Shown here: positions 21,250 through 33,407 of the stretch, in pieces
Position numbering within the stretch: position 1 is the stretch's first letter
Layout of the letters: every line of letters starts with the position of its first letter
DNA from: Macrostomum lignano
Taxonomy: Eukaryota
DNA length: 45,856 nt
Direction of reading: 5' to 3'
NCBI GenBank assembly: GCA_002269645.1
Contig: NIVC01004439.1
Coordinates: 1 to 45,856, forward strand
The notes under the pieces: model-generated
Seen by the model: the letters and a program-made list of their open reading frames with translations, nothing else
What the model was told of the DNA's origin: nothing
Databases searched by the model: none
Made by a program: the position numbers and the translations under genes

Positions 21250-21556
21250 GACCCTTCGCGCCTGCGGCGCGGGCAAGGGGTTATAGAGTAGTAGTATAGA
21301 AAAAGACGCTTCTAGATCAGACCTTATTTTAATGGCCGTTTGTAAGGTCTTAAGAGGGGGGACGCGAGGGGGGTGTTGGGGAGTGTTTGGAAGTTTGGGA
21401 AATGATTTTTATTGTTAGGGGTGATTATGGGTGATTAGATGTGTTAAGGGTGTTTAGATGTGTTTTTTTATTTACCCCCCGTGTCCCCCCTCTAGACCCT
21501 TAAAACGGTAATTAAAAAAGTGCTCTGGGTCTAGAAGCGTCTTTTTCTATACTACT
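21250..21556 (-). repeat. Right TIR of copy 1 (307 bp)
   Basis: Reverse complement of 3914-4221; internal terminal 27-mer at 21290-21316. Confidence 0.95.
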
Positions 21557-21785
21557 TACATCCAAGTACTTGGAAAGTATCCAAAGTAGAGCCTACTTGG
21601 TTCGACTTTCCAAGTTTGCAAAGTACACTTCCGATGTCTACATCCAAATACTTAGAAAGTATCCAAAGTAGAGCCTACTTGGTTCGACTTTCCAAGTTTG
21701 CAAAGTACACTTCCGATGTCTACATCCAAGTACTTGGAAAGTATCCAAAGTAGAGCCTACTTGGTTGACTTTCCAAGTTTGCAAA
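21557..21785. repeat. 82-bp tandem repeat, ~2.8 copies
   Basis: Units start with TACATCCA at 21557, 21639 and 21721. Confidence 0.9.
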
Positions 21786-23943
21786 ATCCGTACATACACA
21801 TTTTTTACCAGCAGGATAACAGCTTTTATTTAGCTGACATCACTCCCGCTCACAAAAAATGATTATTTGGCTATTCCTCGGAATTTTTATATTCCTGAAT
21901 ACAGCTGAATACAGCTACAGCAATACATCCCGAAGCTATAGGTGTCTGTATTTTTCTTTGGGAAGAGCTTGGCTAGCTGCATCATCAAAGCTAGTGTTCC
22001 GTAAAAGGCAAACATTCTTTTGGATTGCATAATTTACATGAAAAGACTCTATAAATACATTTACACAATTGCACATTGCAAGACTTTAATTCTTTTACTA
22101 ATCTATTATGACAAAAATTTTAGGAAGTTTTGCTAAAATATCAGTATTTACTGATTCTTGAGTGTTTGTTTCATTAACAAATGAAATATATATTACATCT
22201 TATATTGTTTGGGGCAAATGATTATTATCTAATTTGTTTAAACTGTCAAAATTTGAAACGAAAATTCTAATTTTCGCTTTCGCATAGGTTTGTGTAAAAT
22301 TGTCCTTTTATCTTTCTTTTCAAACTTAGGCTTTAGTTAGATAGGCCTTTTAGCAATTATTTGTTGCCGATTTTATTTCATATAGTAGTTGATATACCTT
22401 GTCGCTCAACAATTGGCTGACTATAGTTATTGTAATTGACATTTTATATGGCCCAGTAGGCCAGCCTACCCACTATGCCCTATAGGCATAGGCCTGCCTT
22501 CTTGGCTTCTTTAACTAGATCTAGAAGTTTTTTAGAAGGCTAATATTATAGTCATATGGGCTTAGTATATTACTTATACTGACTCAGAATATAAATATAG
22601 ATAAAATTTTAAAACTGACTTTTTTGAGTTGTGACTTAAGAATTATTGTCTTGATCTGCATAATGGTTAGTATATATATAGGAAAAATCATCTGGCCTTC
22701 CTTATCTAACCTTGACCTTGTTTATAGTTTTGCCTTATAGCTTCTGTTTTTAATCTTCAGTTTCAGATTTAATGTCATTGTAAAAAGTGCAAGAAATGCT
22801 TCAGAGTAAAAATACTTTGTTTTTTTACTTTTAGACAGCTGGACTAGAATTATCCAGGCTATGTTAATAATTTTGATTGCAAATTTTTTACTTTTATTAT
22901 TGATAATAGATTGGTAGTAATAATATTGTTTTATTAAGACTTAGGATATTTGTTGATTAGGCCCAATTATAATTATAATCATTCTAATAAATTGTCTTTA
23001 GCTTATTAGAAATATAATATAGGCCTAAGCCTAGTTAGTTTTTAATTATAAGCCTAGAAGTATTTAGACTTAAAATTTTATTTTTAGTTTATAGAATATT
23101 TTTATTTTTAGTATATTTGATGATTTAGATTTTAAGATCAGAAAATTAAGCAATTTATAATAAAAAAATATTTAAGTATATTTATAAACTATGTTATATT
23201 ATTGGTCTATTAAGGACAAGGCCTAAATTAAATTTTTATTCAAAAGCAAAGTAATATTTTTGTTTGGAATATATTTAGATTTCAATACTTTCTATATTTT
23301 ATAATATCTCTATAAAAATATTTAAAGACTTATTTATTACATTCAAAAAAAGACTGCTATTAGTCTCAAAATAGTAATTATATTATAAAGTGCATTTACT
23401 TAGCATTTCTTTAGATTAAGAACTATTACCTGGGTAAAATTTACATGGTTTAATTTTTTGTGAAATATAATTATTCATATTCACTTAAATTTCCATTTTA
23501 GCTACCATCTACAAATGTCATCATCTATATTTAAAAAACCTGCTGAAAACAATGAAGATTTGTTAGCTATATAATTGTCCATTTTTTATGCTGCTTTTTC
23601 TTTGTCTTGCATTTTTTCTGCCTGTGATCATTTGAATAATTTGTTAAAATGCAACTTTTATGTGTATCAATACTTTGAATACAATATAACAGTACACTTT
23701 ACAATTATTTTGAAGCTCCCTATTGCTTGTTGAATTTTTTCTTTAACAAGTGAAATTCCGTATGATGGAATTATTTTTTGTTCTTTGTAACTTTTGCAAG
23801 TCCATAGTATGAGTATCAACATTTTGCCAAGTGCTCTATAGATAAATTATATATTTAATAGGTTCACACTTGGAACCATATACTTTCTCGTAAATAAGTC
23901 ACCTAAATCACTTTGAAATGTGATAAGTATTTATAGCTCTTGT

Positions 23944-24560
23944 GAACATTGCATACCTGGAAGGTACTTGAAAAGTGATTTAAGAAAACATTGCATACTT
24001 GGAAAGTACTTGAGAAGTGACTTGAGAAAACATTGCATACTTGGAAAGTACTAGAGAAGTGACTGGAGAAAACATTGCATACTTGGAAAGTACTTGAGAA
24101 GTGACTGGAGAAAACATTGCATACTTGGAAAGTACTTGAGAAGTGATTGGAGAAAACATTGCATACTTGGAAAATACTTGAGAAGTGACTGGAGAAAACA
24201 TTACATACTTGGAAAGTACTTGAGAAGTGACTGGAGAAAACATTGCATACTTGGAAAGTACTTAAGAAGTGACTGGAGAAAACATTGCAAACTTGGAAAG
24301 TACTTGAGAAGTGACTAGAGAAAACATTGCATACTTGGAAAGTACTTGAGAAGTGACTGGAGAAAACATTACATACTTGGAAAGTACTTGAGAAGTGACT
24401 GGAGAAAACATTGCATACTTGGAAAGTACTTAAGAAGTGACTGGAGAAAACATTGCAAACTTGGAAAGTACTTGAGAAGTGACTAGAGAAAACATTGCAT
24501 ACTTGGAAAGTACTTGAGAAGTGACTGGAGAAAACATTGCATACTTGATACTTGGAAAGT
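23944..24560. repeat. 42-bp minisatellite, ~14 copies
   Basis: Unit GAAAACATTGCATACTTGGAAAGTACTTGAGAAGTGACTGGA. Confidence 0.95.
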
Positions 24561-25033
24561 ACTTATTGAGTGTACTTGGAAAACTTAGAAAGTACTTAGG
24601 CGGTACTTGCCACGAGGTTGCATTGTTGACTTACCAAGTACTTAGCAAGTTTGGTTTGTTTTTTTTTCTCGGGTAGGGACATTGATATCAATGCCGGGCC
24701 AATATTTTCTCATGTACTCGCTGCATTCAAGTTTGCATCGGTACTTGGATTTGTAATTAGGCTCGTGCGCTTTGTAATAAGAACCCGGAGAGACAACTGG
24801 AAACATTTTTTTTATTGAGAATTTAATTTTTTTCAAAGGGTGAGGACCCTGCGCTGATGATTTAAAGTCTTTGGGATCTGGTTTCGCTTTGCAAATTGAA
24901 TGTGGGGAGAAGAATGCAGATTATTTTCTGATTGTTTCGAACATGCTATAGATGGATGTCAGTGGATTATGTCTGTGTCAGTGAACATAACAGGTGTCCA
25001 CAGTGAGCATAACAGGTATCAGTGGACACCTGC

Positions 25034-25335
25034 TCTGATTCTGTCAGGGATAATATGGATGGATTTAATGGGATTATGTTCGAAGTTTTCGGAGCAAGTG
25101 CGGCCCCTCCCCTTTTTTTTCTGATTCTGTCAGGGATAATATGGATGGATTTAGGTGGATTATGTTCGAAGTTTTTGGAGTAAGTGCGACCCCCCCTTTT
25201 TTTCTGATTCTGTCAGGGATAATATGGATGGATTTAATGGGATTATGGAGGACGTTTTGTGAACAAGTCCGACCCCCCTTTTTTTCTGATTCTGTCAGGG
25301 ATAATATGGATGGATTTAATGGGATTATGGAGGAC
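25034..25335. repeat. ~82-86-bp tandem repeat, 4 copies
   Basis: TCTGATTCTGTCAGGGATAATATGGATGGATTTA starts at 25034, 25120, 25203 and 25285. Confidence 0.85.
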
Positions 25336-25730
25336 GTGAAAAATTTTGTCCCAAAAGCCCCCTCATGCCTTCTACTCAACTGAAATAAAATTGGAGAACA
25401 CACGTGTAGCGAGTTTCCGTCAGTAAGTATCTTGATAATATTTTTTATAAATATTGATTTATAAGATTTCGAATTGAAAAAATCGGCTCATAGTAGTTTT
25501 ATGTCGATTGTTAATGAAAAGTACAAGGAACAGATAATTTGATTGCTCAAAATTAAATAACGTTGGAGCATTTTTTGCAAGCCTCAACTAATCATAAAAA
25601 GTTATAGCCGCCGTCATATATTTGATGTTCCGTCCGTCGTATTTGGTTCTACACTGCTGATAGATGCTTTTTTGTCAGTCTATATAAAGTTTTGCAGTAT
25701 GCCAATGCCTGTCGTAGCTCCAAACCAACC

Positions 25731-26167
25731 CTAACCATTCTGCACCATCAGCTGGATGCTTTTCAGAGCGGCATAGGTGCCACCAGTGGCGTATTTCCAC
25801 ATCATCTTCTTGAGCGAATCAGCGATGACGGAGGTCTCGTAGACGCCGCTCGGGTTGCAGTAGGCGCAGCTCGAGTACCACCAGCCGCCGTTGCCGCAGT
25901 GAGCCACAGAGCAGCTGGAACCGGACCTGCCATCGTTGTCCCGGTCCATAGTGGAGAACTGGCTGCCTTTGTGGTAGGCCAGAGCGTCTCCCGTCATGTT
26001 GGAGCTGGCGGTCAGGTACGAGGTGTAAGTCATGGCGTAGTTGGTGCTGGCGTCGCCTACGGTGAAGCCGGAGTACTCGGCGATGAAGAGTTCGTCAGCC
26101 CAGGTGACAGCCTCCACCCGCAGCACTCTCGGCGTGCTGCCCGTCAGCTCGTTGATGATGCGAAGAC
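25731..26167 (-). CDS. Host fibrinogen-related domain (FReD) terminal exon
   Basis: After a TTTGTTTCAG acceptor: (G)LRIINELTG...LRVE...AEYSGFTVGD...DALAYHKGSQFSTMDRDND...C...GGWWYSSC..CNPSG. Confidence 0.9.
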
Positions 26168-26244
26168 CTGAAACAAACGCATTGACATTCAGTTCTAGGA
26201 TGCTCTTTCTACTTTCTACTTGACTTTTGTTGACTGCTTACCAA

Positions 26245-26542
26245 AGTAGTATAGAAAAAGACGCTTCTAGACCCAGAGCACTTTTTTAATGCCCGTTTTA
26301 AGGGTCTAGAGGGGGGACACGGGGGGTAAATAAAAAAACACATCTAAACACCATTAATACATCTAATCACCCATAATCACCCCTAACAATAAAAATCACT
26401 TCCAAACACTCCCCAACACCCCCCTCGCGTCCCCCCTCTTAAGACCTTACAAACGGCCATTAAAATAAGGTCTGATCTAGAAGCGTCTTTTTCTATACTA
26501 CTACTCTATAACCCCTTGCCCGCGCCGCAGGCGCGAAGGGTC
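26245..26542 (+). repeat. Left TIR of copy 2 (298 bp)
   Basis: Lacks one 10-bp internal unit relative to copy 1; internal inverted terminus at 26476-26502. Confidence 0.95.
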
Positions 26543-26723
26543 GGAAAGAATAGAAGCTATTTATAGTCAGCTCACCTACCCACCCAACATTCCATTTAGA
26601 CCAGATTTTAGACCAAACAAAACTAGACTATCGTTTTGGTTTTCGTTTTCAAAAATTTGGTCTAAAATCTGGTCTAAATGGAATGCAGACAATCTTTTTC
26701 TGTTACTAAAAATAGAACAAAAA

Positions 26724-27122
26724 ATGACACACGTTACACATATGCAAAATCTGAATGAATTGCAGGTAGGAGACCCAGTTGAATACCGAGGTGAGGGGCT
26801 TTTTGATGTGGTTGGAACAGCAGCAAATTTTGTTAAAGACAATATGGGGCTTATAGGGCAAGCTGGCTCTGCAGCAGGCTCTATAACAAATGCTGTAAAA
26901 GGAGGAATTGAAGCAGCTAGAGCGGCAGAAGAACTAAAGAAATTGAGAGATTTTAACGACACCCTCTCACAAATAAATGCAATAAAAGATTTAAAGCTGG
27001 CACAAGCCGCACAACCAACAGAAACCCCCACGAAAAGCGCGCCAATAAGTAATAAAGATATTCAGGATTTTAATAAAATGTTAAATACTATTAAAGGTGG
27101 AAAAGGATTAAAGAAATTTTAA
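26724..27122 (+). CDS. 132-aa putative virion core/minor protein (copy 2)
   Basis: Identical to 4403-4801. Confidence 0.65.
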   Translation: MTHVTHMQNLNELQVGDPVEYRGEGLFDVVGTAANFVKDNMGLIGQAGSAAGSITNAVKGGIEAARAAEELKKLRDFNDTLSQINAIKDLKLAQAAQPTETPTKSAPISNKDIQDFNKMLNTIKGGKGLKKF

Positions 27123-27132
27123 CAATATAAAA

Positions 27133-28119
27133 ATGGACACAGATAACGACCGCTTATATTTTATAGGAGAAATTGTAGATACTTTAGATCTGGATGATAA
27201 TAAACATAGCCACACAATGTTAAAAAGATTGGATCGATTAGGTAAAAAGTTTGACTACGACATCGATACATTTAAACTCGCAGCAAAATATGCACAAGAA
27301 GGAAGGCCAATATCCTTTAAGAATCGCGGCAGAAATTATAGGTTGACAGACTCCGATGTGAAATTTTTAATGGAGACTCACACTAAAAAGGACGGCGGAT
27401 TACTACCCATTCTACCGCTTCTTTTAGGACTTGGCGCAGCTGGAGCAGTCGGTTTAGCCGGAAAAAGAATTCATGATAATGTAAAACAGCTAGGAGAGTT
27501 AAGAGCGAAACAGGGGGGAATCTTGCCCCTTGCAGCTTTGCTCCCAATAATTTTTGCAGGAATTGGAGCAGCTGGAGGAGTTGCTGGCGGAGCAGCTGGA
27601 ATTGCAAAAGCAGTAAATGACAAAAAAGCTGCGGACGAAAAAGCTAAAAGAGAGGCCGAATTTCAAAGACAGCAAATAACGCAGGACGCACAATTTAAAC
27701 AGAAACTTATTGATACCATTAATAGTAGTTCAGCAACAGCAGAGCAAAAAAGAAATGCAGAAGCTAGGTTAGCAGCCGGAAAAGGTTTACTCTTGCAAGG
27801 AACAAATCACGGGAATGGTTTGGTACTAAAAGGAACAACCCAAGGAAGTGGAGTTGTCGCAGATAAACTACATGAATTTGGCCAAACTTTAGAAAAAACG
27901 GGTGAGAAAGCTAAAGGATTTTTTGACAATATTGGATCCAATTTTAGACCAGCTGTTCAGAAAATTTTTAATAAATTAGGAAAAGATTTTAACATCATTG
28001 AAAAACACGACGGAAGCGGATTATATCTCGAAATGAGACCAAAAGCAGGTTCAGGAATTTTCTTAAATTCAAACGTTATGGGCAATGGATTGCTATTACC
28101 AAAAGCAGATCTCGAATAG
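27133..28119 (+). CDS. pX-like core/membrane protein, intact, 328 aa
   Basis: Two pX-like hydrophobic segments and six G[KNS]G[LIV] motifs. Confidence 0.72.
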   Translation: MDTDNDRLYFIGEIVDTLDLDDNKHSHTMLKRLDRLGKKFDYDIDTFKLAAKYAQEGRPISFKNRGRNYRLTDSDVKFLMETHTKKDGGLLPILPLLLGLGAAGAVGLAGKRIHDNVKQLGELRAKQGGILPLAALLPIIFAGIGAAGGVAGGAAGIAKAVNDKKAADEKAKREAEFQRQQITQDAQFKQKLIDTINSSSATAEQKRNAEARLAAGKGLLLQGTNHGNGLVLKGTTQGSGVVADKLHEFGQTLEKTGEKAKGFFDNIGSNFRPAVQKIFNKLGKDFNIIEKHDGSGLYLEMRPKAGSGIFLNSNVMGNGLLLPKADLE

Positions 28120-28203
28120 GCTCCTGGGGGGAGGGTCTGGACACCAAAAACACAAAATTAAAAAATCAATAATTCAAACATTATATAAATTTTATTCTAT
28201 AAA

Positions 28204-31200
28204 ATGGAAGCAATTTTAGCTCAAATCGACAACCCTGAACTTAGAGCGCAATTAATAGCTCAAATCGATGCACAACGAATTGCCGATAGGGCTGAAATAG
28301 AAGCAAGAATTAGGGCAGAAAATGAGATACGTTTAGAAAGACAATTAAATGATATTAATAACCCCCAACCACAAGGACAAAATGGAGCTGAAGTAATATA
28401 TATAGATATAGATATAAATACAAATTATAAAGAATATTTTAAACAAATGAAAGATAAATTAAAGACCATATTAAACAATTATACTATAAGGCCAAATAAC
28501 AAACGACAGCCAATTAAGTATAAAATAGAAGTTGAAACAGAATTTAAAAAACCAAATATTCTTAATGCAAATTCAGAAATTGAAGTAATAAATAACTTTT
28601 CACAAGAATCATATAAAACATTATTATCAATGGGAAATTACAACAATCAATTCGATCAAATAGAAGCTGAGTTTGATGAATGGATAGATAAGATGACAGA
28701 AAACGGATCTGGGTTTATATTTGTTTCATGCAATTCAGCAACAGTAAAGATTGCACCCATAGAAATTCTTAAAGGACGATCACATATGAAGCTCAAATTT
28801 AAATCACCTATGATTATAAATCCAGACAATAAAGATAATAAATGTTTATTATGGTGTTTATTAATTCATAAATATCACAATCAAGTAGAATCACACATTA
28901 ATAAAATATATAATTATAGACAATATGAGGATGAAATAATAATGAAAAACATATCATACCCAGTAGCAATAGATGATATATATAAGATTGAAAAAATGAA
29001 TGGTTTAAATATTAATGTTTTACAATTGAAGAACCAAAAGATCTAGAAGAAATTCAAGGTCGATCCAGAATGGTATAAGAAAAGGTGTTATCTTGTTAAG
29101 CCAGCAACTGATATAACAGCACCAGATCAAATCGATCTTTTGTACATGCAGCGCGAAAATGAAACACATTATATATACATAAAAGATATTAGTTCTTTTT
29201 TAAGAGAAAATAGAAATAGATATCCACTATGTAGAAATTGTTTTACATTTAAAAAGGATGAAACAGCTCTTAAAAACCACCAACGATTTTGTTTAGATCA
29301 CAAATTTACTAATGCTATAATGCCAGCATCTGAAGATGCAACCCTAAAGTTCCAACAACATTATATGGCAGTTAAAAAACCAATAGTAATATATGCTGAT
29401 TTTGAAGCAACAAATGTTCCCTTAAAAGAATCACAGACGGTATCTGATGACGGTGAATGCACAAAAAAATTGGCACAACAGTTTCCGAATAGTTATTGTA
29501 TATATGTACACTCTGTAGCTGATCATATATTTAAATCAAGGATGATTACTTACCACGGTAATGATGCAGCTAAGCACATGGCAGAATCATTAGTAAATGT
29601 ATTTGAATATATTCAAAATCAATATGATAAATTATCAAAAAATATTAATATGACAAATAAGGATAGAGACAATTATAAAAATGCAACAAATTGTTTTATG
29701 TGCAAAAGACATTTAAGTAAGAATAATAAGATACGAGAACATTGTCATCTAACAGGAAATTATCGAGGGGCAGCATGTAGATCATGTAATGCAAAAGAAG
29801 GAAAAGGATGTAAGGAAATACCAGTATTTTTTCATAATGGTTCCGGATATGATTTTCATTTCTTAGTTCGAGAATTGCTTCATTTAGGAAAGGATGAATA
29901 TGAAATAAATATATTACCTAAAACATCAGAAAATTACATATCAATAACATATGGTAAGAAATACTCCCATCTAGTTTTTCTAGATTCCTTGAGATTCTTA
30001 TCAACATCTTTAGCAAATGTTGTTTCATCATTAGTTCCAAAACCATGGGATTTAGAAATAGTAAAGAAAAACTTTCCAATCTTATTGAATCGTTTCAAAA
30101 AAGAAAAACTATCCGAGGAAGAACTAATGCTATTAACTCGTAAGGGCATCTATCCATATGAATATGTAACATCTGAAGACGTATTTTTTCATACCGAATT
30201 ACCCCCAATTGAAAAGTTTTATTCAACATTATCACAAACAAACATAAGTGAATCGGATTATGAACACGCTCAAAAAGTATGGAAATACTTTAATTGTAAA
30301 ACATTTAAAGATTATCATAATCTATATCTTAAAGCAGATGTTCTCCTATTAGCTGATGCATTTGAAAACTTTAGGAATCATACATATGAGAATTTTAAAA
30401 TTGATCCCGCATATTGTTTCAGTGCACCGGGATTAACATGGGCTTGTGGTTTGAAACATACAGATGTTAAGATTGATTTACTAACTGATCATGATATGTT
30501 GTTAATGATTGAGAGAGGAATTCGCGGTGGATTCTCGGGTGTACTAGGAGATAGATATACTAAAGTAAATAATAAATATCTACCAAATTATAATAAAAAA
30601 GAAAAATCATCATATGTATTATATCTAGATGCAAACAATTTATACGGTGGTTGTATGAAACAAAAATTACCAATAGCTGATTTCCAATGGGAAGATGACC
30701 CCGATTATTACAAAAATATTCCCGAAGGAAGGGGCTGTATCGTAGAAGTGGATTTGCAATATACTCGGGAAGCAAAAGCAAAAACATATAAATATCCTTT
30801 AGCTCCAGAGCATTGTTCAGTTAATGAAGATGATTTATCACAAACACAAAAAGATTATCTTAAAGTAGATAATGCAAAACATCTAGCAACAAAAAAATTA
30901 ATATTAAATTTACATGATAAGAAAAACTATGTAGTGCATTATAAGCTTCTACAATTTTATGAAAAGCAGGGATTAAAAGTGTCTAAAGTACATCGAACAA
31001 TATCGTTTATTGAGGAAGATTGGTTAGCTAAATATATTGACTTTAATTCAAATCAGAGACAGATGTCAAAAACAAATTTTGAGAAAGATTATTGGAAATT
31101 AATGAATAATGCTTTTTATGGAAAAACGGTTGAAAATATTAGAGATAGAACCCAATTCCATTTAGAAAAGGATATTGATAAAGCAAAGAAATATTTCTCA

Positions 31201-32166
31201 AAACCTAACTTTAAAGACTTTATAAAATTTGATGATAACTTTATGGGTATTCATATGAGAAATAAAACAACAAAATTTCTTAAACCAATATTTATTGGAA
31301 TGGTTGTTTTAGATTATGCAAAGCTGTAATGTATGAATATTATTATGATGTTATAAATAAAACATGGCCAGATAACTATCCAATATATGCAGACACCGAC
31401 AGTTTGGTATTTAAGGTTGAAACAGAGATCGGACAAAGCCGCGAACCAAAGGTTCGATGTCTATAAAGATATGGAAAAAATTAAGGATACATTGGATACC
31501 TCCGACTATCCGGATAACCATCCTTTAAAATCAGATCAAAATAAAAAAGTTGTACTTAAAATGAAAGATGAATTAAATAGCAAAATCATAACCGAGTTTA
31601 TAGCAATAAGATCAAAATGCTATGCATTTAAGGTTTTAGGACAGGAGGGAGAGGTAAAAAAAATAAAAGGGGTATCAAGAGCAGCAGTAAAAAAGATAAC
31701 ATTTGATGATTATAAAAACGTACTTTTAGATTACCTTAATACAATTGAAAATTATCATGCTCCACAATATCGATTAAATTCAGATAAGCATCAGATGTTT
31801 GTCATCGAGACAGATAAAAAAACATTAAGTCCATTTGATGATAAAAGATATTTAGATGATAAAATTAAAACATATCCATATGGTTTAAAAGAAGAGATAA
31901 AAAATATGATAAAAGATAAAAAACAAAAAGAAGATATAATAAGTAAATATAATGAATACAAAGCGGCAATAAATAATTATTATTACGATTGTGATTGTGA
32001 ATCCGAATGTGATTGTGAATATAATACATTTCTAGAATATGAAAAAGATATAGATAATTATTATTCAACATTTCCAAAAGAACTTAAAAAATTAAATAAG
32101 GAAAAAGTCTTGAATAACTGGAAGAGATTAACAGAAAAATTACTTATCGGGTCTGTAAAAAACTAA
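28204..32166 (+). CDS. polB: Protein-primed PolB (copy 2; frameshifts near 29020-29060, 31325 and 31430)
   Basis: Same motifs as copy 1; intact across the position broken at ~7790 in copy 1. Confidence 0.97.
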
Positions 32167-32499
32167 AGCATGTAATTGTTTGAGCAAATCATTAACTTCA
32201 ATTTCATATATTATTGAGCACCAATTATCCTCACAGTCGGCAGGGTAACTTAAACAATCCTTTATTTTTTTCCTAAGTTTTTTTATTTTTCTAACCAATC
32301 TATCTATTTCAATTTCAATTACTATTTCAGCATAAACAATATCTTGTCTTAAAAAACGTTTTCTTTTATCTATCTCATATCGGATGGGAAACATATCGTC
32401 CCCATACTCATGATATTTCTGAGATATAATTATATTTATTTTTTTATTAATATCATTAAGTTCACGCTCTTTAGTGATAAGGATTTTTATCGTATCCAT
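32140..32499 (-). CDS. 119-aa hypothetical protein (copy 2)
   Basis: Identical to 9818-10177. Confidence 0.55.
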   Translation of the reverse strand: MDTIKILITKERELNDINKKINIIISQKYHEYGDDMFPIRYEIDKRKRFLRQDIVYAEIVIEIEIDRLVRKIKKLRKKIKDCLSYPADCEDNWCSIIYEIEVNDLLKQLHALVFYRPDK

Positions 32500-32514
32500 T
32501 TTCTTATAAAAAAT

Positions 32515-32847
32515 TTAGTCTTCGTCGTCATCCTCCCAAACAGCCGCCAATTTTACAGTCCTATCACTCTTTTTATTATTTGTTTGTTTTAGTTTAAATT
32601 GCAATCCACCCTCGTTGCAGTATTTCATAACAAACGCTTTAGGTTTATTAATAACTAAAACAGGAAAATTTTTAACATCATCTCCGCTTAGACATAAAAT
32701 TTTTTGCCCATCTAATTGTAAAAATATTGATTGAAGCCCAATAAATTTAACCTGTCTCAAACATATAATATTATATTCTTTATTCTCCAACATATTGGGT
32801 GTGAGATAATTAATCACATTAGAATCGGTTTTGAACCAGCTCTCCAT
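32515..32847 (-). CDS. 110-aa acidic-tail protein (copy 2)
   Basis: Identical to 10193-10525. Confidence 0.55.
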   Translation of the reverse strand: MESWFKTDSNVINYLTPNMLENKEYNIICLRQVKFIGLQSIFLQLDGQKILCLSGDDVKNFPVLVINKPKAFVMKYCNEGGLQFKLKQTNNKKSDRTVKLAAVWEDDDED

Positions 32848-32873
32848 TTTTAATCTAAAAAAATAACAAAAAA

Positions 32874-33407
32874 ATGAAAGACATTTATGTTTGTAATAAA
32901 TGTAATGTGACTATGCACAGAGGGCAAACAGCAAACGGAGATATATATCATATGTGTTATTCATGTTCTAAAATATATCAATTTGAAAAAACAAAAAAGA
33001 TTGAAAACTCATATTACTATTTTAAAAACACAATTTTAAGAAATCTTACAAGAGACATTTCTGATCCAATTTTAATTCCCGGAAATAATGTTTATTTATA
33101 TAATAACTTTTTCCATTTAAATAAAGGAAAGGGATTAAGTTCGAAAGACTCTGAAAGGATTTTAATTTTAGTTGGATATTATTTCAATTTTCTTATTCGA
33201 GAGAATACAAAGTTTATAAGGATAGGTAACATACCTAACGAAATGTTATTGAAAAAGTCATTGGAATTTTTATGTATTGATAAAAAATTTAAACCTAGGA
33301 TCAGAAGAGAGTTACCACTTTGGGAAGAATATATAACATATGCATTAAAAAATAAACAACCTGAAGTTCTACAGCACTTCCTGACCGCGGGCTTTGTGCC
33401 CCAGTAG
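32874..33407 (+). CDS. Zn-ribbon protein (copy 2)
   Basis: Matches 10552-11064 except at the extreme C-terminus. Confidence 0.55.
   Translation: MKDIYVCNKCNVTMHRGQTANGDIYHMCYSCSKIYQFEKTKKIENSYYYFKNTILRNLTRDISDPILIPGNNVYLYNNFFHLNKGKGLSSKDSERILILVGYYFNFLIRENTKFIRIGNIPNEMLLKKSLEFLCIDKKFKPRIRRELPLWEEYITYALKNKQPEVLQHFLTAGFVPQ

Larger units (their letters stand above)
3914..21556 (+). mobile_element. Polinton/Maverick (adintovirus-like endogenous virus), copy 1, 17.6 kb
   Basis: AGTAGT...ACTACT termini, ~308-bp TIRs, and pPolB, integrase, ATPase, protease, MCP and penton genes. Flanking direct repeat is imperfect (TACATGCA / TACATCCA). Confidence 0.97.

Noticed and set aside
22405-23758. Mitochondrial insertion (NUMT)
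   Set aside because: No recognisable mitochondrial gene, rRNA or tRNA motif; kept only as a compositional anomaly.
23980-24318. Repeat-containing ORFs and a possible CRISPR-like array
   Set aside because: Pure 42-bp head-to-tail minisatellite with no unique spacers; the ORFs are translation artefacts.
25074-25403. ORFs over the 83-bp repeat and a possible DNA transposon at 24600-25680
   Set aside because: The ORFs derive from the repeat, and I could not find TIRs or a TSD.
25692-26171. 159-aa plus-strand ORF
   Set aside because: Antisense to the clear FReD exon.
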